64,000 bases of DNA from a plasmid, in the sequence record NZ_CP010801.1; one strand, written 5' to 3'. This document shows positions 34,287 to 43,720 of the stretch, piece by piece. Position 1 is the first letter of the stretch; the number at the start of each line of letters is the position of its first letter. The position numbers were made by a program, and so were the translations under genes. The notes beneath the pieces are model-generated. The model was not told the DNA's origin and did no database searches. It saw only the letters and a program-made list of their open reading frames with translations.

Positions 34287-35210
34287 ATGCACACCCGATC
34301 GCCGATACTCGAAGGCTGCACGTCATTCAGGTGCGTACTCGCACTTGCCACCCTCGCACTCGGTTTGGCACTTACCGTCAGTGCGGCAACGCAAAGGCCG
34401 GCCGGGACACTGCCGTTGCGACATGTGGGCGACTATCCGTTACCTGGCGCCACGACGCGCTGGGACTACCTCAGCTTGGACCCGACCAGGTCGCGGCTGT
34501 TTGTCGCCCACCTCGGGGATAGCGCGGTGGTTGTCGTGGACACCAAAACCAAAGGGGTGCTGGCCACGATCAGCAACATCCGTCATGTCCATGGCACGTT
34601 GGCCGTTCCGGAGCTCGACCGTGTGTATGCCTCCGCGACGGGGACCGACGAAATCGTGGCAATCGACGCCGCGACGCTGAGAATCGTCGCCCGTATTCCG
34701 GGAGGCATCTATCCTGACGGCGTCGCCTACGCCCCGGAACTCGGCAAGCTGTATGTTTCCGATGAGACCGGTAACACGGAAACGGTAATTGATGCCCGCA
34801 CCAGCCAGCGAATAACGACGATCGCGCTGGGCGGCGCCGTTGGGAACACGCAGTATGACCCGGTTTCGAAGCACATCCTCGTCAACGTCCAGGGACGGGG
34901 GATCTTGGCCGAGATCGACCCGCGCACCGATCAAGTCGTGGATCGCATCCCATTGCCCGGTGCCGAAGGAAACCATGGGCTGCTGATCGTGCCCAAGCTG
35001 CGACTGGCGTTTATCGCGTGCGAGGGCGACAGTCGCTTGCTGGTGTTGAGCCTGAACACCAGACAGGTGGTTGCAAGCTTCGGGGTTGGACAGACGCCCG
35101 ACGTCGTGGCCTACGACGCGGCGCTCGGATGGTTGTATGTCGCTAGCGAATCCGGCGTCTTGACGATCTTTAAGGGGTCGTCTCAGAAAACGGAAAATAA
35201 AGCACGCTAA
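34287..35210 (+). CDS. YVTN-family beta-propeller repeat protein (exported)
   Basis: Signal peptide plus repeated LFVAH/VYAS/LYVSDE/LYVASE blades typical of YVTN 40-residue repeats. Confidence 0.55.
   Translation: MHTRSPILEGCTSFRCVLALATLALGLALTVSAATQRPAGTLPLRHVGDYPLPGATTRWDYLSLDPTRSRLFVAHLGDSAVVVVDTKTKGVLATISNIRHVHGTLAVPELDRVYASATGTDEIVAIDAATLRIVARIPGGIYPDGVAYAPELGKLYVSDETGNTETVIDARTSQRITTIALGGAVGNTQYDPVSKHILVNVQGRGILAEIDPRTDQVVDRIPLPGAEGNHGLLIVPKLRLAFIACEGDSRLLVLSLNTRQVVASFGVGQTPDVVAYDAALGWLYVASESGVLTIFKGSSQKTENKAR
35173..35210 (+). mobile_element. Tn21/Tn501-subgroup 38-bp terminal inverted repeat (solo)
   Basis: GGGGTCGTCTCAGAAAACGGAAAATAAAGCACGCTAAG matches the Tn21-family IR consensus (GGGG...TCAGAAAACGGAAAATAAAGCACGCTAAG). 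No matching second IR was found in the window. Confidence 0.6.
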
Positions 35211-35764
35211 GCGTGCGTGGAGGCTGGCACCCAGCGGTACAGCGTCGGAATGGACACGCCGAGGTTCTTGGCCACGTCCTTGGGCGGCACCCCGCTGGCC
35301 AGCAGCTTCTTGGCCGACTCGATCTTGCTGTCGGTCATCTTCGGCTTGCGGCCGCCTTTGCGGCCGAGCTGCTTGGCGACTTCCAGCCCGGCGCGGGTGC
35401 GCTCGACGGTCAGCTCGCGCTCCATTTCGGCAAGGCTCGCCATGACGTGGAAGAAGAACCGCCCGGATGGTGTGCCGGTGTCGATGGAGTCGGTGAGGCT
35501 CCTGAACTGGACACCGTGCTTGTGCAGATCGCCGACCAGATCGACCAGTTGCTTGACCGACCGGCCCAGCCGGTCGAGCTTCCAGACGACCAAAGTATCG
35601 CCTTCGCGCAGCATTTCGAGCGTCTTGGCCAAGCCAGGCCGGTCTGCCCGCGTGCCACTCACCTTGTCCTCGAAGACCTTTTTACATCCGGCCTTGCTCA
35701 AGGCTTCGCGTTGCAGCTCCAGGTTCTGATCCTGCGTCGAGACGCGCGCATAGCCAATCAACAT
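35207..35764 (-). CDS. tnpR: serine recombinase (resolvase/invertase family)
   Basis: MLIGYARVSTQDQNLELQ...; catalytic Ser in YARVST; C-terminal HTH. The stop codon lies inside the Tn21-type IR. Confidence 0.75.
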   Translation of the reverse strand: MLIGYARVSTQDQNLELQREALSKAGCKKVFEDKVSGTRADRPGLAKTLEMLREGDTLVVWKLDRLGRSVKQLVDLVGDLHKHGVQFRSLTDSIDTGTPSGRFFFHVMASLAEMERELTVERTRAGLEVAKQLGRKGGRKPKMTDSKIESAKKLLASGVPPKDVAKNLGVSIPTLYRWVPASTHA

Positions 35765-36129
35765 GGCTTGTCTCGCGCCCGGTCGATGCGTTCCTGCATC
35801 GCCTGCATCACTTCTTCGTGGGTGTACGATCTGGCGTTGGCGTCGGTGGCTTGCCGCAGGGCTTCCTCAACCTCGCGCGTCATCCGCTCGTAATCCTCCG
35901 GCCACAGCGCTTGCTCCATGCGCAGCGACGCCTGACCCAGCAGGTGCAGCAGGCTGAACAGCCGCATGTCGTTGGTGGCGACGATGCGCTCCCGAATCTG
36001 CTCCTGAATAGCTTCGCTAGCCCGATGCGCTTGTGGTGTGGCAGTCCCCTCGTAGTCAGCGGGGAATTCCGCTTCCTCGGCAATCCTTGCCCAGGCGCTG
36101 GCCAGCGCCTCGATGGTTGACGTGCTCAT
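35758..36129 (-). CDS. hypothetical protein (123 aa)
   Basis: Start MSTSTIEAL; its stop overlaps the resolvase start. Confidence 0.35.
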   Translation of the reverse strand: MSTSTIEALASAWARIAEEAEFPADYEGTATPQAHRASEAIQEQIRERIVATNDMRLFSLLHLLGQASLRMEQALWPEDYERMTREVEEALRQATDANARSYTHEEVMQAMQERIDRARDKPC

Positions 36130-36638
36130 TTCCGCCGCTCCTGTGCTCTTTGGCGAATCAACCGGCCAAGGGGCCTCGACGCGAAAACCAGCAGCATCAC
36201 GCCTATCGGATACCAGGTCGAGAAGACCACCAAGGCATCGAAGGCTGGCCGTCCGGTGTTGGTAGGCAGTACGGCGGTCACAGCCATCAACCCGCCGACC
36301 GTCCAGATGATGCGCCACACGTAGGGCATCACGCGGGGCACGTAGCCGTCATCGAAAGCGGTCTGGTAGTAGCGGCGCAGGCCGCGCTCGGCAAGCGCCT
36401 GGCGCTGCCGCTCCGACAGCGCATCCGTCCGGCCATACCAGCGCCGGAATGGTGGACAGCGCAGCAGCAAAGGGGTGAAGAGGATCATCACCGCCACGAT
36501 CGCGACACCCCACGCCATGACGGCGCCGGCATCGGGCCGCTTGGCGTTCTCGATCACGGGCGCGAAGACGCCCGGAGCACCGATCATCCAGAACAGCGCA
36601 ATGTGCTGATGGAAGGAGAGCTTCATTTGCTCATCCAC
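36126..36638 (-). CDS. hypothetical membrane protein (170 aa)
   Basis: Four hydrophobic segments; overlaps its neighbours by 4 nt. Confidence 0.4.
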   Translation of the reverse strand: MDEQMKLSFHQHIALFWMIGAPGVFAPVIENAKRPDAGAVMAWGVAIVAVMILFTPLLLRCPPFRRWYGRTDALSERQRQALAERGLRRYYQTAFDDGYVPRVMPYVWRIIWTVGGLMAVTAVLPTNTGRPAFDALVVFSTWYPIGVMLLVFASRPLGRLIRQRAQERRK

Positions 36639-36949
36639 TTGCGCAGCAGGCGCTTTTTCAGGGAGGCGCGTTCTTGCGGGTTGCGTCCCTTGTGATTGGC
36701 GATGCGATCCGCCGTGGCGGCCTGGCGCTTGACGGGCCAGTAGGAGCGGCCATCCTTGCCCATCGACCAGACGCTGCTGGCCTGGTTTTCCAGCAGGGGC
36801 AGATGGGCGCTCAGGGCTTCGGGCGACGCGCTGGTCAGCGCCGTGCGCTCACGGGTGCGCCAGCGCTGATGCCAGAGCTTCTTGTCCTCGCGCTCGCTGC
36901 CGCAGGTCGTGTGCCCGACGATGGGTGTTTTGCGGCGGCTGCGGCTCAT
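36623..36949 (-). CDS. hypothetical basic protein (108 aa)
   Basis: MSRSRRKTPIVGHTTCGSEREDKKLWHQRWR... Arg/Lys-rich, possibly nucleic-acid binding. Confidence 0.35.
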   Translation of the reverse strand: MSRSRRKTPIVGHTTCGSEREDKKLWHQRWRTRERTALTSASPEALSAHLPLLENQASSVWSMGKDGRSYWPVKRQAATADRIANHKGRNPQERASLKKRLLRKWMSK

Positions 36950-37203
36950 AACGTAGTGGTCTCCAAGAACATTCAGGACTGATCCCAGGCGTCGATGGTC
37001 AAGACCTGATCGGCAGGACAGGCGGCTACGCGGTCGGGAACTGGATGGTGTTCAGTCTCATGCCGACCCCATTCGATTGATCGCGTCGCTTGCGGCACGC
37101 TGCGACGCAAGGAGGTTTGCGACCTGGTTTAGCAGCCGTGTCCGCTGCATGTCTGTTACCTATCTCCCCGACCGCTCATTGGACCAACTCCAGAGATTGG
37201 GCT

Positions 37204-37560
37204 CTATCGCTCAGCCAATACGAAACCGGCATTGGCTGATGCCACAACCGAGACGAACACAAATGGCTCGGTACCTGTATTTCGCGCCCCGTGCACTTGG
37301 CCCGGTCTTGCCACGGCTATCTCACCTTCCCTGAGGGCACGAACAATCCCATTGCCCTGAAAGTAATCAGCCATTCCCGACAAAACAGTCCACGTGTCTT
37401 GGCCGTGAGGATGAATGTGAGCCGCAATTTCCTGCCCGGGATGGACATGCCAAACCACGATAATTGAGTCTCGGGTTTCAAGCACAACGGAACGAATAGG
37501 CTCGCCTTCGGACGGCTGAACATACTCGGCTACAGAAAATATTCTCGATTCAACAGTCAT
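37204..37560 (-). CDS. cupin-domain protein
   Basis: HVHPGQEIAAHIHPHGQDTWTVLSG and GQVHGARN form a two-motif cupin metal site. Confidence 0.55.
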   Translation of the reverse strand: MTVESRIFSVAEYVQPSEGEPIRSVVLETRDSIIVVWHVHPGQEIAAHIHPHGQDTWTVLSGMADYFQGNGIVRALREGEIAVARPGQVHGARNTGTEPFVFVSVVASANAGFVLAER

Positions 37561-37639
37561 CGGAGATCCCTCTTTCACAGTGCCCCCAGACAGGCTGGAT
37601 ATGAGTTCTAACTCGAATTTGAACGGGAGGCTGGTCGTG

Positions 37640-37795
37640 CGGTCGTGCAGTTGCCGATGAGCGTGTCGGCTGCTGCCTCCTTGCCCACCAGCGAACTCAC
37701 GTCCGTTGCGGCCATCCAGAAGGTCTTGCCCGAGCGCGGCTCATAGGTCGCGGGATCGAACACGCCAGAGGGGCCGAACATCGGCGGCTTGATTG
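37640..37795 (-). pseudogene. gene remnant (short in-frame fragment)
   Basis: Minus-strand fragment ...FGPSGVFDPATYEPRSGKTFWMAATDVSSLVGKEAAADTLIGN... with no start or length. Confidence 0.2.
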
Positions 37796-37796
37796 G

Positions 37797-38183
37797 TCAT
37801 GGCTCCATGCCTTTGTCGTTACGGTCTTCATCGTCGGCATCCTGACGCACGGCGGGCAATTGCTGGAGCAACGCCGGCAGCCATTCCTGTACCGTCTCCC
37901 ACACCACATCGAGGTTGATGTCGAAATAGCCGTGAGCCATGCGATTACGCATATTGCGCATGCTGCGCCACGGCACGTCGGCATGCGCCTGGGTGAACTC
38001 GACGTAGCCATCCATCACCTTTGTGGCCGCCTCGCCGATGACGATCAGGCTCATGATGACGGCCTGCTGGGTGCGCTTGTCGGCCAAGAAGTCGTCCTTG
38101 GCCATCCCTTCCACGAAGCTGCGCGCATCGGTTGCGGCCTGCTGAATGTGGTCGAGGTAATCGGGCAGGCGGTTCTCGCTCAT
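37797..38183 (-). CDS. hepT: HepT-like toxin (DUF86, type VII TA)
   Basis: RNRMAHGY (Rx4HxY) motif; 128 aa; start overlaps the MntA gene stop. Confidence 0.7.
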   Translation of the reverse strand: MSENRLPDYLDHIQQAATDARSFVEGMAKDDFLADKRTQQAVIMSLIVIGEAATKVMDGYVEFTQAHADVPWRSMRNMRNRMAHGYFDINLDVVWETVQEWLPALLQQLPAVRQDADDEDRNDKGMEP

Positions 38184-38476
38184 ATCGGTTGCGCCTCCGC
38201 GAGCACCTTGGCCCGGAACTTCGGCGGCAGGTCGCCGGGAGTCAGCAGATCGACGTCAACGCCGAGCAGCGATTTCAGTTCTTCTTCCAAATCGCCCAAG
38301 TCCAACAACGTGGCACCGGGCAGCGCATCGACCAACAGGTCGAGGTCGCTGCCATCCCGGTCGGTGCCATGCAGCACCGAGCCGAAGACGCGCGGGTTCG
38401 CGGCGCGAAAGCGGCCTACCGCTTCACGCACTGCGCTTCGCTTCATGTCAAGCACAACAGACGGTCGCATGCGCAT
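38180..38476 (-). CDS. mntA: MntA-like nucleotidyltransferase antitoxin
   Basis: VFGSVLHGTDRDGSDLDLLVD matches the minimal nucleotidyltransferase motif GSx...DxD. Confidence 0.7.
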   Translation of the reverse strand: MRMRPSVVLDMKRSAVREAVGRFRAANPRVFGSVLHGTDRDGSDLDLLVDALPGATLLDLGDLEEELKSLLGVDVDLLTPGDLPPKFRAKVLAEAQPI

Positions 38477-38647
38477 CCTTTCTTATCGAAACTCGTTGAG
38501 ATGATATGCAATCAAGAATAGAATTTCAAGAACTATTTTCGAGAATCGCAATGCCTTGATTCCCGTGCCGCGCCTGTGAATTTCACCCGCTCGACGAGCG
38601 CAACACCGACGCCGCCTACGCCAAGAACCGGCGAATCGACCTCAAAC

Positions 38648-39490
38648 TCACGAACCGCTGAGCGACGCGTCACCGCGCTGCTGCGCCAGCCAGTCGCGCG
38701 GGGCGCAGCCCATGCGCACGCGGAAGGCGCGCGCCAACGCGTTCGGGCTGCCGTAGCCGACGCGGTCGGCCACCACCGCCACCGGACGCCCCTGCTTGAG
38801 CAGGGTGCAACTGACGTTCATCCGCCAGTCGGCCAGATAGTCGCCCGGCGTGACGCCCACCGCGTCTTTGAACGCGGCGGCGAAGCGCGCGCGTGACATG
38901 CCCGCCTGCGCCGCCAGCGCCTCGAGCGACCACGCGGTCTGCGGCGCATCGTGCATGGCGGTTATGGCGCGCGCGAGTTTCGGGTCGGCCAGTCCCGCCA
39001 GCAGTCCGGTGGCGCCAAGCCGCCCATCCATCAGATAACGCAGCAACTGGATCAGTAGCAACTCGCACAAGCGGTCGATGGCGGCCTGCCGACCGCACTG
39101 GTCGCGCTCGGCTTCGGCAAACAGCAGCTCTAGCGTCGGCCCGAGGCCGGGCAAGTCCGCCAGCGGAATCAGCAGCATCGACGGCAAGGCCATGGCCAAC
39201 GGATTGCCCGTCGAAGCGCCCAGATCGACCTCCGCACACAACAGCTCAGCGGTATCGCCGGGGGCGGCGACAAAACGATGCGACGCCACGCGCGGATAAA
39301 ACAGCAGGCTCGGCTCGGTAACCAGCAGATCTTCATGCACGGGCGAACGCGCCGTAATCGGGCCGCGCCGCACCAGATGGATATAGCCATGCGGCGCCGC
39401 GTAATGATGCTGCTCACAGAAGGCGCCGCTGTGAAAAACGCGCGCCGAAAGCGAGTAGTGCCGGAGCAAGCCGGCCAGTCGATCCGCCAT
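38648..39490 (-). CDS. AraC-family transcriptional regulator
   Basis: C-terminal tandem HTH (LEALAAQAGMSRARFAAAFKDAVGVTPGDYLADWRMNVSCTLL...) and a cupin-like N-terminal domain. The start could be 39502 or 39556. Confidence 0.7.
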   Translation of the reverse strand: MADRLAGLLRHYSLSARVFHSGAFCEQHHYAAPHGYIHLVRRGPITARSPVHEDLLVTEPSLLFYPRVASHRFVAAPGDTAELLCAEVDLGASTGNPLAMALPSMLLIPLADLPGLGPTLELLFAEAERDQCGRQAAIDRLCELLLIQLLRYLMDGRLGATGLLAGLADPKLARAITAMHDAPQTAWSLEALAAQAGMSRARFAAAFKDAVGVTPGDYLADWRMNVSCTLLKQGRPVAVVADRVGYGSPNALARAFRVRMGCAPRDWLAQQRGDASLSGS

Positions 39491-39607
39491 TCCACTCTCC
39501 ATATAAGACGATAGGTTACGTATTTGATACTTTACGTGCCATATCGTACCAAACAAAGGGCGATCATGCCCACTTGCTCTTGCACCTCACCCACTACGGA
39601 GATAGAC

Positions 39608-40141
39608 ATGACCCAAATCGCCCCCCTGACCATCGACACCGCTGACGCCGCTACCGCTGCCACACTCAAGGCCGTCAAAGCCAAGCTCGGCATGGTGCCG
39701 AACCTGCTCGCCACGCTGGCCCACGCGCCGGCAGCGCTCAACGGCTACCTCGGCCTGTCCGAAACGCTGGGCACCGGCCGCCTGAGTGCCACCCAGCGCG
39801 AGATCGTTGCGCTGGCTGCCGGTCAAGCCAATCGCTGCCAGTACTGCCTGAGCGCACACACCCTGATCGGCAAAGGTGCCGGACTGTCGGCAGAGGCCAT
39901 CGCCGCGGCCCGCACCGGCCAGGCGGCCAACGCACTTGACGATGCAATTGCCGGCTTTGCCCGCGCGCTGGTCGAGCAACGCGGCGTGGTGTCGGCCGAC
40001 GCCATGGCCAACTACCGCCGCGCGGGGCTCGACGACGGCCTGATACTGGAAGTGATCGCCAACATCGCGCTGAACACGCTCACCAACTACACCAACCACA
40101 TCGCCGACACCACGGTGGATTTCCCCGTGGTCGCCGTCTGA
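39608..40141 (+). CDS. carboxymuconolactone decarboxylase / AhpD-like family protein
   Basis: ANRCQYCLSAHT is the AhpD-core CxxC-H signature. Confidence 0.6.
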   Translation: MTQIAPLTIDTADAATAATLKAVKAKLGMVPNLLATLAHAPAALNGYLGLSETLGTGRLSATQREIVALAAGQANRCQYCLSAHTLIGKGAGLSAEAIAAARTGQAANALDDAIAGFARALVEQRGVVSADAMANYRRAGLDDGLILEVIANIALNTLTNYTNHIADTTVDFPVVAV

Positions 40142-40168
40142 TCTCCATAGGCATATAAGGAGAACACA

Positions 40169-40717
40169 ACGAAAATCGCACTCACCGGCGCTCTGCTCGC
40201 CAGCGCCCTCGTCCTGCCACTGGCCGTCACGGCCGGCGACTTTTCGCCCTATGTGGACAGCCAGGGCGGCATCAGCCGCCCCACAGACTTCCGCACAAAC
40301 TTCGTCCACCTGGGCTCATATGCGGTGTTGGACGAAAAATCCGCCTCTCGCGGCCTGCACGATGTGTACACCGAAAAGGCCTCGGCCGAGCACTACCGCA
40401 AGACCGGCAAGTTCTTGGACGGCGCCACGCTGGTGAAAGAGATCCGCAAGCTCGAAACCAGCGCCATGACCACTGGCAACCCTGTGGTCTGGGGTTCCGA
40501 TGCGGCCGTGTGGTTCGTGATGGTCAAGGACGCCAAAGGCCGTTTCGCCAGCAACCCCTTGTGGGGCGACGGCTGGGGCTGGGCGCTGTTCAAGGCCGAC
40601 GCCCCCGCCAAGAATGTCGCCGTCAGCTACGAAGCCGACTGCATGGGCTGCCATGTGCCGGCGGCCAAGACCGACCGCGTATTCATCCAGGGCTATCCGA
40701 CACTGACCCAGCACTGA
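40169..40717 (+). pseudogene. cytochrome P460-family protein with ACG in place of the start codon
   Basis: The in-frame signal peptide (T)KIALTGALLASALVLPLAVTAGD begins at ACG, 6 nt after a perfect AAGGAG RBS. An in-frame TAG lies 18 nt upstream and no ATG/GTG/TTG is available. Heme motif CMGCH near the C-terminus. The GTG at 40253 would give a signal-less product. Confidence 0.45.
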
Positions 40718-40790
40718 CTTGCTGCCGGGTTACGCTTCGCGCAGGATGGCACCTCCGTCCTGCGCGAGCCACCCTTTCCGGAAGCGCGCC

Positions 40791-41391
40791 ATGCCGACAC
40801 TCGACGCCTTTCTGACCGACGTCCGCGCCTGCACGCGCTGCGCACCGCATCTGCCACACGGCGTGCAGCCGGTCTTCCAGTTTCACCCGAGTGCGCCCAT
40901 CCTCATCGCCGGCCAAGCACCGGGGGCCCGGGTCCATGCCTCAGGCGTGCCCTTCGACGACGCCAGCGGCGCGCGTCTGCGCGCCTGGCTGGGCGTGGAC
41001 CGCGACACCTTCTACGACCCTACCCGCATCGCCATTCTGCCCATGGGCTTCTGTTATCCGGGCACCGGCAAAAGCGGTGACCTGCCGCTACGCCCGGAGT
41101 GCGCCCCCCGCCTGGCGCGAAGCCTTCATGCAGCGTTTCGAGCGCCTGTCGCTGGTCATCGTGCTGGGCAGCTACGCCATGGACTACCACCTCGGTACTG
41201 GCAAGACGCCGCTCACCCGGGTGGTCGAAGCCTGGCGCGAGCACTGGCCGCAAGCGTTCCCCCTGCCTCACCCTAGCCCGCGCAACAATCGCTGGCTGGT
41301 GCGCAACCCCTGGTTCCAACAAGACGTGCTGCCCGCGCTGCAAGCACGCGTCCAGGCAGTCCTCACCGCCAACCCCAAGGAAACCCCATGA
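40791..41391 (+). pseudogene. uracil-DNA glycosylase superfamily gene, frameshifted in a C6 tract
   Basis: N-terminal part (ILIAGQAPG, HASGVPFDDASGARLRAWLG, ILPMGFCYPGTGKSGDLP) is in one frame. C-terminal part (WREAFMQRFERLSLVIVLGSYA...PLPHPSPRN) is in the +1 frame. The switch occurs at GCGCCCCCCGCC near 41100. Confidence 0.55.
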
Positions 41392-41574
41392 CCGACGACA
41401 CCGCCGCCATTACCGAGCTGCTGCACAAGTACTACGACACCCTGGCCTGGGCGAACGGAGACAGGCACCGGCTTTGGAGCGATGAACGACGGCTTCAGGT
41501 GCGGTAGCTGACGCCTGGGACCTCAATCACCGTATGACCGGGTCGAAAGCGGTCCTTTCTCTGACAACATCGCC

Positions 41575-42441
41575 CTAGCCCGCACTCAACCCCCACAACA
41601 CATCCAGCACATGTTGCGTAGGCCGCTCGACGTCCCCACCACGGTGGGCAATACCAAGTTGACGCCACAATAAGGGCTGTAATGGCCGCATGACGATCCT
41701 GGTATCGGGCAATGGCGTGGAGGCTTCATGCGGCAACAACGTCGCACCATAACCGGCCGCCACTAGGCTTTTGATCGCATCGTTGTAGTTCAGTTGAATA
41801 CGCGGCGTGGGCTGCCGTCCATCACTGGCGAACCACTCCGAGGTCAAGCGCGAAAGCCGAGTAGTTTTGTCATTCAGAATTAATGGCTGGGCGGCCAGCC
41901 AACCGGGGGTCACAACATCCGGGCATTCCCAGCGAGCCGGCAAGAAGGCCATGACCGGGTCCCGCCGCCATGGCTCGATCCGCAATTCCTTCACCGGGGT
42001 CTGTGGCAGCGCGACCAGACCGATCTCCAAAGAGCCCTCGGCAAGCTTCTTCAAAGTTTCCTGCGACGTGAGCACCGCGACCTGCACATCGATAGCGGGA
42101 TGGCGTTGGCCCAACGTCTCCAAAGCTTGCGGCATCAACTGTGCGATGGCCCCTGTGGAGGCACCCAGCCGCACACGCCCGGCCAAGCCCTGCACCTGAC
42201 GCTCCACGTCCTCAAGCGCCTGCTCCGCATCCGCCAACAGGCGCCGCGCGCGCTCCACCAGCGTTTCTCCAATCGCCGAAGGCTGAATGCGCCCACGTGT
42301 GCGCGACAACAGCTTTCCGCCAACCCGCGACTCCAGGTCGGCAATATGCAAACTGACCGTGGGTGGCGCGAGGTGCAGCACACGGGCCGCCTCGGCAAAC
42401 GAACCCGGGGTCATGCCAAGATGAGGCCAGTTCGCTATCAT
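41575..42441 (-). pseudogene. LysR-family regulator, 3' part (gene split by transposon; IR-encoded chimeric start)
   Basis: LysR substrate-binding domain plus a partial HTH. The first 12 codons (MIANWPHLGMTP) are encoded by the transposon IR. The true N-terminus (MREISLDRLRTLVAIADLG) lies at 50599-50655. Confidence 0.6.
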
Positions 42442-42493
42442 AAGCCTTCAAGTAATGAAGGCGGCGCGAATCATACGTTTCAGTAATTAAGGA

Positions 42494-43531
42494 TCACGGC
42501 GCTTTCGTCCGCTGGCCAACGCGTCCTGGTGTTGCCTTCTTCAACTCGCTCACCAGCCGGCGCGTTGTTTCCGCTTCGGTTTCGGCGCGCTCAGCCCGCC
42601 GTAGCGCCTCCTCCAGCAACGACTGGGTCTGCACCAGTTCTTCGGCCGTTTCACGCTGCCGCGTGGCGGCTCCCTCCGCCTGCTGCCGCACTGCGCCCAG
42701 TTCCATGCGCAACGTGCCGATCGCATTGGCATGTGTCACGGCGCTTTCTTGCATCGCGGTACGCGCGGCCACAACCTGCGCACGTAGCTCATCGGCCAGC
42801 TTGTCGCTTTTCTGACGGGCGGTGCGCTCCTGGTCGATCTCGCGCAACGCACGTTTCTCGTGGCTGGCGGCACGCTCTTCTGCTGCATCCGCGCGGGCCC
42901 GCTCACGATCGAGCTGCGCGCCAAATTCAACCCGAGCCTGTGTGAGCTGCTGTGCCGCCTCGTCCAACTGCCGGCGGGTCTCCTGCAGACGCGCTTCGGT
43001 TGCTGCGTGGCCCTGGCGCTCAGCAGACAGCATTTCTTGAAGCGCGGCAAGCTGCCCGCGCACCGAGTCCAGCTGTGCCTGAATGACCGCGGTCGCTTGT
43101 CGCGCGGTTTCGCTTTCCGCAGTGGCTTGGTCGCGCGCGGCTTCGGCGGCGTGCGCCTGGTGGCGCGCTTCGGCCCGCAGTGCGGCCAGTTCGGTGGCCG
43201 CCGCGGACGAGGCCGCTTGCCAGATGGCCAACACTGCCTCGGCGGCAACCTGCTTCAAGGCCTCGGGGAGATCTGGGTGGTCGATCGTCACCCGTGTTTT
43301 GTCGCGCAGGTCCTGCCAGAACCGGTTCAGCACGTGGGAAGGTGTGCTCATGCTGCCCTTGCGCACCAGACTGTAGAGCTTGTTGGCCGTCGGTGTGACG
43401 CCATAGCGGAAAAACAGCAGCGCGCAGACTTCGCGGTACAGCTCCCGCGTCTCGGTGAAACGGCCGCGCAGCGCCGCGATATCGGCCTGCAGCGCTTGGT
43501 CTTCGGCGGTGGATGCGGGGTCAAGCGTCAT
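42494..43531 (-). CDS. KfrA-like coiled-coil DNA-binding protein (345 aa)
   Basis: N-terminal domain (LYREVCALLFFRYGVTPTANKLYSLVRKGSMSTPSHVLNRFWQDLR), then a long Ala/Glu/Arg/Gln coiled coil; divergent from the gene at 43721. Confidence 0.5.
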   Translation of the reverse strand: MTLDPASTAEDQALQADIAALRGRFTETRELYREVCALLFFRYGVTPTANKLYSLVRKGSMSTPSHVLNRFWQDLRDKTRVTIDHPDLPEALKQVAAEAVLAIWQAASSAAATELAALRAEARHQAHAAEAARDQATAESETARQATAVIQAQLDSVRGQLAALQEMLSAERQGHAATEARLQETRRQLDEAAQQLTQARVEFGAQLDRERARADAAEERAASHEKRALREIDQERTARQKSDKLADELRAQVVAARTAMQESAVTHANAIGTLRMELGAVRQQAEGAATRQRETAEELVQTQSLLEEALRRAERAETEAETTRRLVSELKKATPGRVGQRTKAP

Positions 43532-43720
43532 GACGGGCCTGGATTTCAGTTCGAATGAGTCAATAATATGCCGTAAACCGCGTGATTTCATAATTTCAAG
43601 TACAAACTTGAGACATAAGTACGCTTCTGTCTAGACTATACTGCGCACTGGCCCCGCACAATACGCCTCGCCCGAGGTGACCTCGCAGGCGGTTGATTGT
43701 CCTACGTTGAATCACTATGA

